A stretch of 64,000 nucleotides of DNA, taken from positions 96,001 to 160,000 of the IMG/VR virus record IMGVR_UViG_3300012952_003952, one strand, 5' to 3'. The notes beneath the pieces are model-generated. The model was not told the origin of the DNA and did not search any database. It was given only the letters and a program-made list of their open reading frames with translations. The DNA comes from a virus. Taxonomy: Duplodnaviria; Caudoviricetes. Both the position numbers and the translations under genes were made by a program. Below are positions 33,001-41,434 of the stretch, one piece after another (position 1 is the stretch's first letter; the number at the start of each line of letters is the position of its first letter).

Positions 33001-33221
33001 ACGTATCCTCTTTACCAAAGTGCGACACGTTTATAATAGATGAGGGGTTTGGAGCTTTAGACGAAACGAATGTAGAATCTTGTAATAGACTTTTACAGTC
33101 TTTAAAGAAGTGGTTTAGGAACATAGTGGTCATTTCTCATGTAGACGCGGTAAAAGATAGTGTAGATACAATTTTAGACATATCTTCTAAAGGCATAGAT
33201 TCTTTGGTGGCCCATGATTGA
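30093..33221 (+). CDS. Fused Mre11/SbcD (gp47-like) nuclease - Rad50/SbcC (gp46-like) ABC ATPase (1042 aa)
   Basis: Metallophosphoesterase motifs HLSDVH, GGDIVH, LGNHD, FHG, LGDIH; then Walker A GKNRSGKS, Q-loop FASQG, coiled coil, signature ASGME, Walker B IIDEGFGALD and H-loop VISH in one reading frame. Confidence 0.92.
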   Translation: MSFKCIHLSDVHFRGLSRHEEYRESFLDFFEKAEKIKPDLIYVGGDIVHSKTQGISPELIDILSWWFDSLAKIAPTHIILGNHDGLISNPQRQDAISPIISALNNPNLHLYKDSGVYPTGIEGYNWAVFSCFDEENWPNVKPIKKEVNIALFHGGVIGSFTDINWEIEGEVEHTFFKDFEFAFLGDIHKFQFLNESKTIAYPGSTIQQNYGEDPGKGFLVWDIRSPQDFDVDFVEVFHSKPFVTINWKDTVVDTVQEAKIHPNGSRFRIKSEFQIPQAEIKHLYSELKEKKQASEIVFKFDDVKSQVIEASDDSSTINLRDPSVILDLLKQYYKDVEVSDEEWVEISNMLKKYCSNIATHDSPRNVKWSLKNMKFDNIFSYGKNNNINFDSLHGVVGLFGKNRSGKSSIPAAIMYGLYNTTDRGSIKNLHVINTRKGHCKVELDFSVNGICHRLERQSVKHQNRRGAVNAVTHLNLYRIEPNGNLTDLTGGQRRETDTVLRSLVGTYEDFLLTSFASQGGINTFIKHRATKRKEILASFLELDIFEKILNSSKEDSIHIKALLDKSPEREWNTLILEKGLKLKELKDTRTEIDQNLAGMNTRIQQLKLESATSSSGLITEADIKKLKIEIEENKKKIKQYTSNVENNDISINNIDAKLEKIESIRKQFPIKELKERHAAQLELEKTLLVLEGNLDQENSNLKNKKDSISLLDQVPCGDKFPTCKFIKRSHQDKDSLSEQINSIEEISEKIKAAKKSFEILLKEDLKSKIDKYQSLLEKESNFKIEKSTIEAKSRESENAISRVTSLLEALKTEYKNSKGKVDNSEKSNKINSIKLELMDLESKARDLDAKRMSTSETIGLTTSELENLKEEKTNYENLLMEWRIYELVMSGVNKKGIPLQILMTQLPKINKEIAKILHGVVEFTVELEADLNSNSMDVFINYGDSKRIIECASGMEKMISSIAIRVALINVSSLPKCDTFIIDEGFGALDETNVESCNRLLQSLKKWFRNIVVISHVDAVKDSVDTILDISSKGIDSLVAHD

Positions 33222-33477
33222 TATAACCTATATAGAAATAGTAGACAAAACTAATAAAGAAAATTTTGTTGATTTTGAGTGTCCTGTTTGCCTAACAGTT
33301 ATGAGAGACGGAAATGACTCTATGTTGATAGATAAATATGGCTGCTGTGCTCTATGTGTTGATGAAGTTGTTTGGCCAAATAAGCCAAGATGGGACCGCG
33401 GTTGGCGCCCTGGAAAAAGAAAGAAGGCACAGATGAGAAAAAAACGACTCGAACTGCCTAGTTATTATGTGTATTAA
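33214..33477 (+). CDS. Small Cys-rich putative zinc-finger protein (87 aa)
   Basis: CPVC...CCALC pattern and a basic C-terminus; overlaps the upstream stop. Confidence 0.6.
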   Translation: MIDITYIEIVDKTNKENFVDFECPVCLTVMRDGNDSMLIDKYGCCALCVDEVVWPNKPRWDRGWRPGKRKKAQMRKKRLELPSYYVY

Positions 33478-33489
33478 AGAGGGTTAACA

Positions 33490-33861
33490 ATGCTTTCAAT
33501 TCAACAGACAAACATCCTTGGTCAAATTTTAGAGACCTCTTGGGGAAAAAGTAGTGATACTTATCAGTGCAAAGCCAATCTAGTCGGCGAAAACACTTTA
33601 AGAATAATGTATAGTACAGTAGTTTATTTAGCATCTGAAAGAGGTATGGAATCTCAAATACCTCCAGTTGCTGAAGAGGCAAATGCAATAATTTCTAATT
33701 TAATTTCAGACTGCAAAAAACAATATAAAGAAATTGCTGGCGAAGCCTTGACTTTAAAAGAAGTTTCGCTAAGAGATAACGTAGAACTTATTCAAGCATC
33801 TCAAGTAAACCCAAGAAGAGTAGTTCTCTATAGAAAATTTGCAGATTTTTCCATAGGCTAA
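33490..33861 (+). CDS. Hypothetical protein upstream of terminase (123 aa)
   Basis: AGAGGG SD-like site; no family recognised. Confidence 0.6.
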   Translation: MLSIQQTNILGQILETSWGKSSDTYQCKANLVGENTLRIMYSTVVYLASERGMESQIPPVAEEANAIISNLISDCKKQYKEIAGEALTLKEVSLRDNVELIQASQVNPRRVVLYRKFADFSIG

Positions 33862-33877
33862 TTAGTGATGGGTAATT

Positions 33878-35476
33878 ATGGCTCCGCAAAATAAAAAAAG
33901 ACAAGTCAATGAAATAATAAAATGCGGAAAAGACCCACTCTACTTTATAAACAGCTATGTGAAGATTCAGCATCCGCAAAGAGGTACGATACCCTTTAAA
34001 ACTTATTCTTTCCAAGACGATTGCATAGAAGAGTTTACTAAAAATAGGTTTAACGTAATTCTTAAATCTAGACAGTTGGGTTTGTCCACACTATCAGCTG
34101 CTTATGCTACTTGGTTAGCGCTTTTTTACAAAGACAAAAATGTCTTAATCATCGCGACAAAGCTTTCAGTTGCGATGAACTTTATCAAGAAAGTAAAAGT
34201 AGCTATTTCTCATTTGCCGCCATGGCTTATTTTACCAGAAATAGTTTCTAATAATAAGCAAAGCATAGAATTTAGTAATGGATCTCAAATAAAAGCCGTT
34301 CCAACTTCAGAAGATGCTGGTAGATCTGAAGCTCTGACTCTTTTGATAGTTGATGAGGCAGCTTTTGTTAGAAATTTTGATGATCTTTGGATGGGCCTTT
34401 ATCCTACTCTTTCTACTGGAGGTAGAGCTATTATCTTGTCTACTCCGAATGGAGTTGGTGGACAATATTATGACCTCTATATAAAGGCGGAATCTGGAGA
34501 AAATGAATTCAATCCAATAAAGCTTAAATGGGATGTCCACCCCGAAAGAGACGACGATTGGTTTGAGAAAGAAACAAAGAATTTAAGCGAAAAGCAAATT
34601 GCTCAAGAGCTCCTTTGCGACTTTGCGGCTTCTGGAGAAACTTTCTTGAAGTCTGAAGACATCGAATACCTAAGATATATGGTAAAATCTCCTATGGAGC
34701 GCTGGGGCCCTGAGATGGCATGTTGGCAATGGAAGTACCCCCTCGCAGAGCATCAATACGTAATTTCGGCTGACGTCTCAAGAGGAGATTCAAAAGATTA
34801 TTCTGCTTTTCACGTAATAGACACTACAGAGTCTGAAGTAGTTTGCGAATTTAAAGGTAAAATCCCGCCAGACCAATTTGGAGTTTTACTTACTGAAGCT
34901 GGAAAAAGATTTAACAATGCAGTGATCTGTCCAGAAAGCAATACATACGGCTACGCTGTCTTAGTAAAACTAAAAGAGCTTGGATACACAAATATTTATT
35001 TTGCTAAAGAAAAAGAAAAATACGACGTTATGTATGGAAATGGCAGTATAGGAAAAGCTGGATTTTCTACTCAGGGTAATAATCGCGGAAAAATTCTCAC
35101 ACGCTTAGAAGAAGTTTTAAGAAATAAGCAGATAAAAGTTTACTCTTCTAGATTTTATGAAGAAATGAAGACTTTTATTTGGAAAAGCAACAAAGCTCAG
35201 GCGATGAGAGACAAGAATGATGATCTAGTCATGGCCTTAGCTATTGGGGTTTGGCTTTATGACACTAGCGAATCTTTTAATAAACAAGCTGTAGATTTAA
35301 ATAAAGTAATGCTAGACGCTATGGGCTTTACTTCAAACGAGCCCAAAGGTGTTTTAGATCCTAAGCTTCGCACTGTTTCTCATTTGAATCCATTTAAGCC
35401 AGTTATTTTAGACGAAGCAGATGTTAAAGAAAATGAACCAGACAGTCCTATAAACTTTGGCTGGTTGCTGAAATAG
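33878..35476 (+). CDS. terL: Terminase large subunit (T4 gp17-like)
   Basis: Adenine-binding YSFQ, Walker A KSRQLGLST, Walker B LLIVDEAAF, coupling STPNG, nuclease ISADVSRG..DYSAF and NDDLVMA. Confidence 0.96.
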   Translation: MAPQNKKRQVNEIIKCGKDPLYFINSYVKIQHPQRGTIPFKTYSFQDDCIEEFTKNRFNVILKSRQLGLSTLSAAYATWLALFYKDKNVLIIATKLSVAMNFIKKVKVAISHLPPWLILPEIVSNNKQSIEFSNGSQIKAVPTSEDAGRSEALTLLIVDEAAFVRNFDDLWMGLYPTLSTGGRAIILSTPNGVGGQYYDLYIKAESGENEFNPIKLKWDVHPERDDDWFEKETKNLSEKQIAQELLCDFAASGETFLKSEDIEYLRYMVKSPMERWGPEMACWQWKYPLAEHQYVISADVSRGDSKDYSAFHVIDTTESEVVCEFKGKIPPDQFGVLLTEAGKRFNNAVICPESNTYGYAVLVKLKELGYTNIYFAKEKEKYDVMYGNGSIGKAGFSTQGNNRGKILTRLEEVLRNKQIKVYSSRFYEEMKTFIWKSNKAQAMRDKNDDLVMALAIGVWLYDTSESFNKQAVDLNKVMLDAMGFTSNEPKGVLDPKLRTVSHLNPFKPVILDEADVKENEPDSPINFGWLLK

Positions 35477-35494
35477 TTTATTCTGGATTAAAAA

Positions 35495-35504
35495 TGAATA
35501 TTTA
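35495..35504 (+). promoter_or_regulatory. Putative late-promoter motif TGAATATTTA upstream of portal
   Basis: The same 10-mer recurs upstream of the scaffold (41382) and sheath 1 (50660) genes. Confidence 0.45.
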
Positions 35505-35525
35505 TTTTATTGAAGAGATATAAAA

Positions 35526-37535
35526 ATGGCTGACAATTCTCCAAGTTTGTTTAGAAGACTATCCGCTCTATTTAGGGCCGGCCCATCTATTAAAAGAAAA
35601 GTTAGAGCTTTTGATGGTAAAAATGTAACAGCTCAAAGTTCTTTACAGCAGTTTAGAAAGTCGCATAGCGACATTTACACTAATACAATGAGCGCGTACG
35701 GCTCTTTTGATAGAATGGCAAGATATTCAGATTTTAGCGAGATGGAAGCCACTCCGGAGATAGCCTCTGCGCTCGACATATACGCAGAAGAAACAGCATC
35801 TGCAGACGACAAAGGAAATGTACTCCACATCTATTCTGAAAACAGAAAAATAAGAGAGTTACTCTTTACGTTATTTTATGATACTCTAAATTTAGATTTT
35901 AACTTGCCGATGTGGACAAGAAATCTTGTAAAATATGGAGACTTCTTTTTGTTTAATGACGTTTCTCCTGAATTTGGAGTCATTGCTTGTTACCCAATTC
36001 CAATATCTGAAATAGAAAGAGAAGAGGGATTTGATCCTGAGAATCCGGCAGCAGTTCAATTTCGTTGGATGACTCAGGGAAATCAAATTTTAGAAAATTG
36101 GCAAGTTTCTCACTTTAGGTTGCTTGGAAACGATTCTTTTTTGCCTTATGGATCAAGTGTTTTAGAGTCTGCTAGGAGAATTTGGAGACAGTTAATTCTG
36201 ATCGAAGATGCAATGCTAGTTTATAGAATTATTAGAGCTCCTGAAAGAAGGGTTTTTAAAATTGATGTAGGTAATATCCCGCCTGAAAGTGTTGCAGAAT
36301 ATTTGGAACAAGCTAAAACGTCTCTTAAGCGCGAGCCCGTAATTAATAAATCGGATGGCAGAGTAGATCTCAGATACAATCCACTTTCAGTAGATGAGGA
36401 TTACTTCATCCCTGTCCGAGGAGGTGATTCAGGGACGGATATAAGCTCTTTGGCTGGAGGTCAAAATACCAGCGCTATTGAAGATGTCGAATATATTCAG
36501 AAAAAACTTTTTGCTGCCCTTAAAATTCCAAAAGCTTATTTAGGTTATGACGAAGAAATAGGATCTAAAGCTACTTTAGCGCAAGAAGATATTAGATTTT
36601 CTAGAACTATTCAAAGAATTCAAAAGACTGTAATCTCTGAACTTAATAAGATTGCGATGATTCACTTGTATTCTCATGGATTTACTGGAGAAGATTTAGT
36701 AGACTTTGACTTAAAGCTTTCAAACCCTTCTAGCATTGCGCAACAGCAAAAACTAGAGCTAATCAATCAAAAATTCGAAATTGCTGGAAAAGTACCAGAA
36801 GGAATGCTCGACAAAGATTGGGTAAGAAAAAATGTGCTGGGTCTCACTGATGAAGAGATCAAGTTAGTTGAAGAAGGCAGAATTTCTGATAAGCTAAGAG
36901 ACGCAGAAGTCGAAGGCGCAGGGGCCGAGGGTGGCGGTGAAGAAGGCGGCGGCGGTGGAGAAGACGCTGGAGGAGACGAAGGCGGAGGATTATTTGCTGG
37001 TGACGCTATTGATGGTGACATCTTAGACGGAAACATGCTTCCGATAGGGATAGCTGCTCTACCCGAAGCCGACGGTTTAAACGAAGAAGATTTAGACGAA
37101 GAAGATGAAGAAGATGATGACGATATTGTCAAATTTTCTTTAAACGACGAAAATGGACCGGTAAAAGCAGATAACATGGTAAAAAATATCTGGAACGAAC
37201 CAATGAGGAAATCTAGAAGCTATAGTGCTGAAAGATTACACTCACCAGATTTTAAATCTATGACAGGTGTAGGGAGTTCTACGAGAAAAAGAGATTCAAT
37301 GAACAGCCCTTACGATTCTGAATTTTTTAAGAATCCATTCGGCGAAAATCTACACACAAAAGTTTCTACTCTTTTAGATAATAGAAAAAGAAATCCACCA
37401 AGAATGGACGCAAGTATGAAACATGTGATAAATAACCTCTCTAATCTTATAGATAATCATAGCGGGAATATTCTTTTAGAAGGAGAAGATCCCGATATAG
37501 AAATTGACTTAGATGAAGAGTCAAGCGAAGGATAA
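35526..37535 (+). CDS. gp20: Portal protein (T4 gp20-like) with a long acidic/Gly-rich C-terminal extension
   Basis: PEIASALDIYAEE, PYGSSVLESARRIWRQL, EDAMLVYRIIRAPERRVFKIDVGN, EDYFIPVRGG, IEDVEYIQKKLFAALKIP motifs. Confidence 0.95.
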   Translation: MADNSPSLFRRLSALFRAGPSIKRKVRAFDGKNVTAQSSLQQFRKSHSDIYTNTMSAYGSFDRMARYSDFSEMEATPEIASALDIYAEETASADDKGNVLHIYSENRKIRELLFTLFYDTLNLDFNLPMWTRNLVKYGDFFLFNDVSPEFGVIACYPIPISEIEREEGFDPENPAAVQFRWMTQGNQILENWQVSHFRLLGNDSFLPYGSSVLESARRIWRQLILIEDAMLVYRIIRAPERRVFKIDVGNIPPESVAEYLEQAKTSLKREPVINKSDGRVDLRYNPLSVDEDYFIPVRGGDSGTDISSLAGGQNTSAIEDVEYIQKKLFAALKIPKAYLGYDEEIGSKATLAQEDIRFSRTIQRIQKTVISELNKIAMIHLYSHGFTGEDLVDFDLKLSNPSSIAQQQKLELINQKFEIAGKVPEGMLDKDWVRKNVLGLTDEEIKLVEEGRISDKLRDAEVEGAGAEGGGEEGGGGGEDAGGDEGGGLFAGDAIDGDILDGNMLPIGIAALPEADGLNEEDLDEEDEEDDDDIVKFSLNDENGPVKADNMVKNIWNEPMRKSRSYSAERLHSPDFKSMTGVGSSTRKRDSMNSPYDSEFFKNPFGENLHTKVSTLLDNRKRNPPRMDASMKHVINNLSNLIDNHSGNILLEGEDPDIEIDLDEESSEG

Positions 37536-37536
37536 A

Positions 37537-38376
37537 ATGTCGAAACATAACAAGAAAAGAAATGTTGGAATTATCTATGAACAACTCCTTTCTTCTCTTT
37601 CTAAATCTTTAGTAGAAGGAAAAAGTGGAGAAGTTAAAATAGTAAAGGGTTTAATAGATAAACATTTCCGACCAGGCACTGAGCTCTACAAAGAGTTCAG
37701 GCTGTTTCAGGCGATGGTAAAAACCAATGTACCAAGAGAGTCTTTAGCAATAAAGATCTTAGAGGAAGCAAAGAAGGCTTCAAATAATCTAGATTCTAAA
37801 AAGTTGCAAATTGAAAAATCTTTATTAATAAAAGATATAAACCACAAGATAGCTGACGGAAATTTCTACAATCAAAGAGTAAACGAGTATAGAGACTTTG
37901 CAACAGTACAAGTTTTATTAAATCTTTGGAATAAGGGAGATTTATCTTCTTTAAAAACAATTTCTGAATATGAAGCTAAAGTTCAAGAAATGCTACTTTC
38001 TGAATCTAAGCAAGCCATATTAGAAAATGAGAAAACTTCTGAAATAAACAGTTTTACGGTTAAGATAATGCTAGAAAAATTCAATAAAAAATACGATGGC
38101 ACCCTAAATGAAGTTCAGGCAAAAATTATCAAAGAGTACGTGTTTTCTCCTAAGAGCGATCTACTCACTAATTTGCTAAAAGAAGTTAAACAAGATACTC
38201 TTAAAGAAATTGCCAACTTGCCAGAAAAACATAGCAATCAAATTCTCTGCGAAAAAGTAAACAACGTTAAGGGTCAAATATCTAGCTTAAAAGAATCAGT
38301 GCATGATGATGATAATATTTCTCGATTTTTATTGCTTTCTAAACTTTGCACAGAGCTTAAGGAGGAATCACCGTGA
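37537..38376 (+). CDS. Hypothetical head-cluster protein between portal and protease (~279 aa)
   Basis: Start moved to ATG 37537, just after the portal stop (MSKHNKKRNVGIIYEQLL); helical. Confidence 0.65.
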   Translation: MSKHNKKRNVGIIYEQLLSSLSKSLVEGKSGEVKIVKGLIDKHFRPGTELYKEFRLFQAMVKTNVPRESLAIKILEEAKKASNNLDSKKLQIEKSLLIKDINHKIADGNFYNQRVNEYRDFATVQVLLNLWNKGDLSSLKTISEYEAKVQEMLLSESKQAILENEKTSEINSFTVKIMLEKFNKKYDGTLNEVQAKIIKEYVFSPKSDLLTNLLKEVKQDTLKEIANLPEKHSNQILCEKVNNVKGQISSLKESVHDDDNISRFLLLSKLCTELKEESP

Positions 38377-38984
38377 GCGATTCAAAATTACATTTATTGA
38401 CTAGTTGGACCCCGTTTGAATATACTCCAGACCAGATTCAAGAATCTAGAGACCAAAATGGCGGCAAGATTATGATGCGTGGTATTTTGCAAAAAGCTGA
38501 TACGCTTAATCAAAATGGCCGAGTATATCCTAGAGTTATACTAGATAGAGAAGTCCGAAATTATCAGAAATTCATTGCAGAAAATAGAGCGTTGGGAGAA
38601 TGTGACCACCCAGACTCTTCGGTGGTTGAACTCAAAAATGTTTCACATATTATCAGAGAAGCTCACATGGATGGAGATATCTGTTATGGTACGGTTGAAT
38701 TATTAGACACTCCTGCTGGAAAAATACTGCAAAGTTTAGTAGAGTCAGGTGTGACTTTAGGCATATCCTCACGAGGAGTGGGATCCACTAAGTCTGAAGG
38801 AGATCACCAAGTCGTCCAAGATGACTTTCAATTGATATGTTGGGATTTTGTCAGTGAGCCTTCTACCCCTGGAGCTTTTATGATGCGTGAAGGAGTGGAA
38901 GTCAGAAGGTCTGATCTAAATAAACATTTTAATAAAACAGACAGAATTGATAGAATATTTAACGATATTTTAGATTGGGAGTAA
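38373..38984 (+). CDS. gp21: Prohead core protease (T4 gp21-like)
   Basis: GILQKADTLNQNGRVYP, ALGECDHP, LGISSRGVGS, WDFVSEPSTPGA motifs; GTG start with GGAGG SD. Confidence 0.95.
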   Translation: MSDSKLHLLTSWTPFEYTPDQIQESRDQNGGKIMMRGILQKADTLNQNGRVYPRVILDREVRNYQKFIAENRALGECDHPDSSVVELKNVSHIIREAHMDGDICYGTVELLDTPAGKILQSLVESGVTLGISSRGVGSTKSEGDHQVVQDDFQLICWDFVSEPSTPGAFMMREGVEVRRSDLNKHFNKTDRIDRIFNDILDWE

Positions 38985-38987
38985 AAA

Positions 38988-39443
38988 ATGTCATACCAAA
39001 ACAGAACCGGCCCAGGTTGGAACTTCGCACCAGAGTATCAGAGCTCTGGTACGCCTTTCGTAACTTCTAGTAGAGATGGTTCAATTGCAACTGACTCAGT
39101 GTATACAGTTAAGTTCCCCACAGTTACAAGGTGGGTCCAAATTAGAAATACGGGGACTGGAAACTTAAAAGTAGGATTTACTTCTAACGGAGTGCAAGGA
39201 AAAGGCGGATCCGTTTCAGGTTCAGCAGCTGAACAAGCTGGTGACAATAGGAACTACTATATAATCCCCTCGGCTTCAAATTCAGATTCTTCTACAGTCC
39301 GCTGGGAGCTTCGTTGCGATAAATTATTTTTTCAAGCTAAAGACGCCGCAACAGGCTTTTCTGTAATAGCTGGACTTACTAATATTCGACCAGCTCAATT
39401 CTTCAAACTTACAGGATCGCAAGGATTCCAGGGAGTTGGATAA
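38988..39443 (+). CDS. Small beta-rich head-cluster protein (151 aa), possibly capsid decoration
   Basis: GGAG SD; alternating hydrophobic pattern; position after the protease. Function is inferred. Confidence 0.5.
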   Translation: MSYQNRTGPGWNFAPEYQSSGTPFVTSSRDGSIATDSVYTVKFPTVTRWVQIRNTGTGNLKVGFTSNGVQGKGGSVSGSAAEQAGDNRNYYIIPSASNSDSSTVRWELRCDKLFFQAKDAATGFSVIAGLTNIRPAQFFKLTGSQGFQGVG

Positions 39444-39865
39444 TGGCTAAAATTTCTAGAAACGCCCTGAAGGGTTTAGTAAAAGAATGTTTAGTAGAAA
39501 TACTCGCAGAAGGTTTGCTGGCTGAAGAAAAACCAGCGGCAAATAAAAAGAGTCTTAGAGAATCTGCTAATTCAAAAAGAAGAGCCCCTACGCGGCGACC
39601 TGCATTAGATCAGATAAGGATGGGAGAGCAAGACCGTCCGGTTGTTAATCCAACTCTGCCAGAAGTAAAAGATCCCATTATGGCTAGTATTTTTGCCGAT
39701 ACTGCGGCCAACACGTTCCAAGCCCAAGTTATGGCGGAGCAAAAAAGTTCAGTGGCTCAGAGGATGACCCACGGAGATGCTGCGACTAAAGCAATGGCCC
39801 AAAATGACCCAATGGATCTTTTTGATGGCGCAAATAATTGGGCAAAATTAGCGTTTGATACCTGA
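39443..39865 (+). CDS. Hypothetical head-cluster protein (140 aa)
   Basis: TAATG coupling; LKGLVKECLVEILAEG N-terminal helix. Confidence 0.6.
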   Translation: MAKISRNALKGLVKECLVEILAEGLLAEEKPAANKKSLRESANSKRRAPTRRPALDQIRMGEQDRPVVNPTLPEVKDPIMASIFADTAANTFQAQVMAEQKSSVAQRMTHGDAATKAMAQNDPMDLFDGANNWAKLAFDT

Positions 39866-39923
39866 AAAAATCTCGAGTAGATGATAAGTAATATAGAACA
39901 ACCCCGTTCTAGGAGTTTTTAAA

Positions 39924-40217
39924 ATGTCAAGAAGAAACAGAAGTATAAAAAAGTTAACCCCATCTCTTCTCAAGAAGATGGTGCTGCAAGAGAGAAAGAG
40001 AATGAACGAAACTTCCGATCCTGTAGCAGCTGGTGTAGAAGATCCTGAAAAAGTAAAAGCCGAAGAAGTAGATGCTGATAAACTTGCGGGTAGTTTAGAA
40101 AAAGACTTAGACCACCTTAAGGCTCTTAAGATTCAAGAGACAAAAATACATCAGAAACTTAAGAAAATTAGGGAAGCTAAGCGAATTCTTGTAAAAAGAG
40201 TTGCAAAAAGAATCTAA
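39924..40217 (+). CDS. Hypothetical basic/charged protein (97 aa)
   Basis: AGGAG SD; Lys/Arg-rich termini. Confidence 0.6.
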   Translation: MSRRNRSIKKLTPSLLKKMVLQERKRMNETSDPVAAGVEDPEKVKAEEVDADKLAGSLEKDLDHLKALKIQETKIHQKLKKIREAKRILVKRVAKRI

Positions 40218-40238
40218 TTTTATTAAGGAGTAATTTAA

Positions 40239-40763
40239 ATGCCTACGCACAAACAAGGAACCACCACTGCTATTCCAGGCGCTGGATATGGAACCGGTAC
40301 AGCAACAAGCCTCGGATCAGCGAACCACGGAGTTCAAGCTGCTAGCTTTCCAGGAAGCCCGCTTAACACAGTAGATCAGCTTACTGACGATGGAAGTTCT
40401 TCACCATCCAAAATGGCCGATTGGTACACCACAAATGTCTTGCAGGCAGTTATTAATGATGGTGGACATACTTTCGGTACCCAAGATATGGATTGGGGAA
40501 ATAACATTCCCGAGGGAGAAATTTCTAACGATGGTGGCGGCGCGCCGGCAAATGCCTTCGTTCCAAACACTGTTTCTCCAGGAGAGGGAAGTACAAACCC
40601 TGCAGATCAGCCTCCTGCTCCAGACGAAATAGCCAACATGGGACCTCACGATGTCTTCGGTACTGGAGTCGGCTCCTCATTGCCTGTGGCAGATTCATCT
40701 ACTACACAAAACACGGCAGCCATTGGAACCCTAGCTTCAGGTAAGTCTCCAGGCTCAGAGTAG
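40239..40763 (+). CDS. Hypothetical Gly/Pro/Thr-rich protein (174 aa)
   Basis: AAGGAG SD; low complexity; highly-expressed-like codon usage. Confidence 0.55.
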   Translation: MPTHKQGTTTAIPGAGYGTGTATSLGSANHGVQAASFPGSPLNTVDQLTDDGSSSPSKMADWYTTNVLQAVINDGGHTFGTQDMDWGNNIPEGEISNDGGGAPANAFVPNTVSPGEGSTNPADQPPAPDEIANMGPHDVFGTGVGSSLPVADSSTTQNTAAIGTLASGKSPGSE

Positions 40764-40766
40764 TGA

Positions 40767-41339
40767 ATGCCCTTTAAGAGCTCAGGACTTGGCCATATAG
40801 CCACTTACGATGCGCGGGACGACCTCGGTTATGGTCGGATTCGCGCAAAGTTTGACTCACCTCGCAGCTTTATGCAATATGGAGAAATAGAGAGGGATCC
40901 TGAAGCTGAAGAATATGTTGACGACGATAGCTATGAAGCTATATTAACAAAAGTTTTGAATTACGATCCCGGTGATCCGTATGCCAAAAATAAAACAGAC
41001 CCATTCCACTTTGTAGATGGATCTACTAAAATATCTGAACTCTCTACCGCAAAGGGAATGGTACCATTTCCTAGAATGTATAAAAATAGAACAGGTTCAG
41101 GAACTGGTGGATCTGGAAAAGCTATAGCTCATGGTGGTCCCACAAATACTTTTAGGTCTATAACAAGGCCTACAGGGACAAAAAAAGGTTATTCTTCTGC
41201 ACCAGAGCCAATAGAAGTTTTACAAGACATAAACGGCCCCAAATATTCTTTAATGGATATTATTTTTGGGGATGAAGACTTAGAACACTTAGAGAGAATC
41301 CAAAATCAAGTATTTAAAATCCAAAATAGTCAAGAATAA
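40767..41339 (+). CDS. Hypothetical protein (190 aa)
   Basis: ORF fills the gap before the scaffold gene; no family recognised. Confidence 0.55.
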   Translation: MPFKSSGLGHIATYDARDDLGYGRIRAKFDSPRSFMQYGEIERDPEAEEYVDDDSYEAILTKVLNYDPGDPYAKNKTDPFHFVDGSTKISELSTAKGMVPFPRMYKNRTGSGTGGSGKAIAHGGPTNTFRSITRPTGTKKGYSSAPEPIEVLQDINGPKYSLMDIIFGDEDLEHLERIQNQVFKIQNSQE

Positions 41340-41381
41340 AGGAAATAATTTGGCACCCGCAGTTAAATCTTCCGTTTTGAG

Positions 41382-41391
41382 TGAATATTTA
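41382..41391 (+). promoter_or_regulatory. Putative late-promoter motif TGAATATTTA upstream of the scaffold/capsid genes
   Basis: Exact repeat of the motif at 35495 and 50660. Confidence 0.45.
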
Positions 41392-41434
41392 CGATTATCA
41401 TAGTGATATTAGTTTCTTCTAATGAGAGAGGCAA

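Noticed and set aside
33214-33861. Small terminase call for either ORF upstream of terL
   Set aside because: Position fits but no gp16-like or other small-terminase motif was recognised.
33878-35476. Intein in the terminase (a common insertion site)
   Set aside because: The 532-aa length and contiguous motifs leave no room for an insertion.
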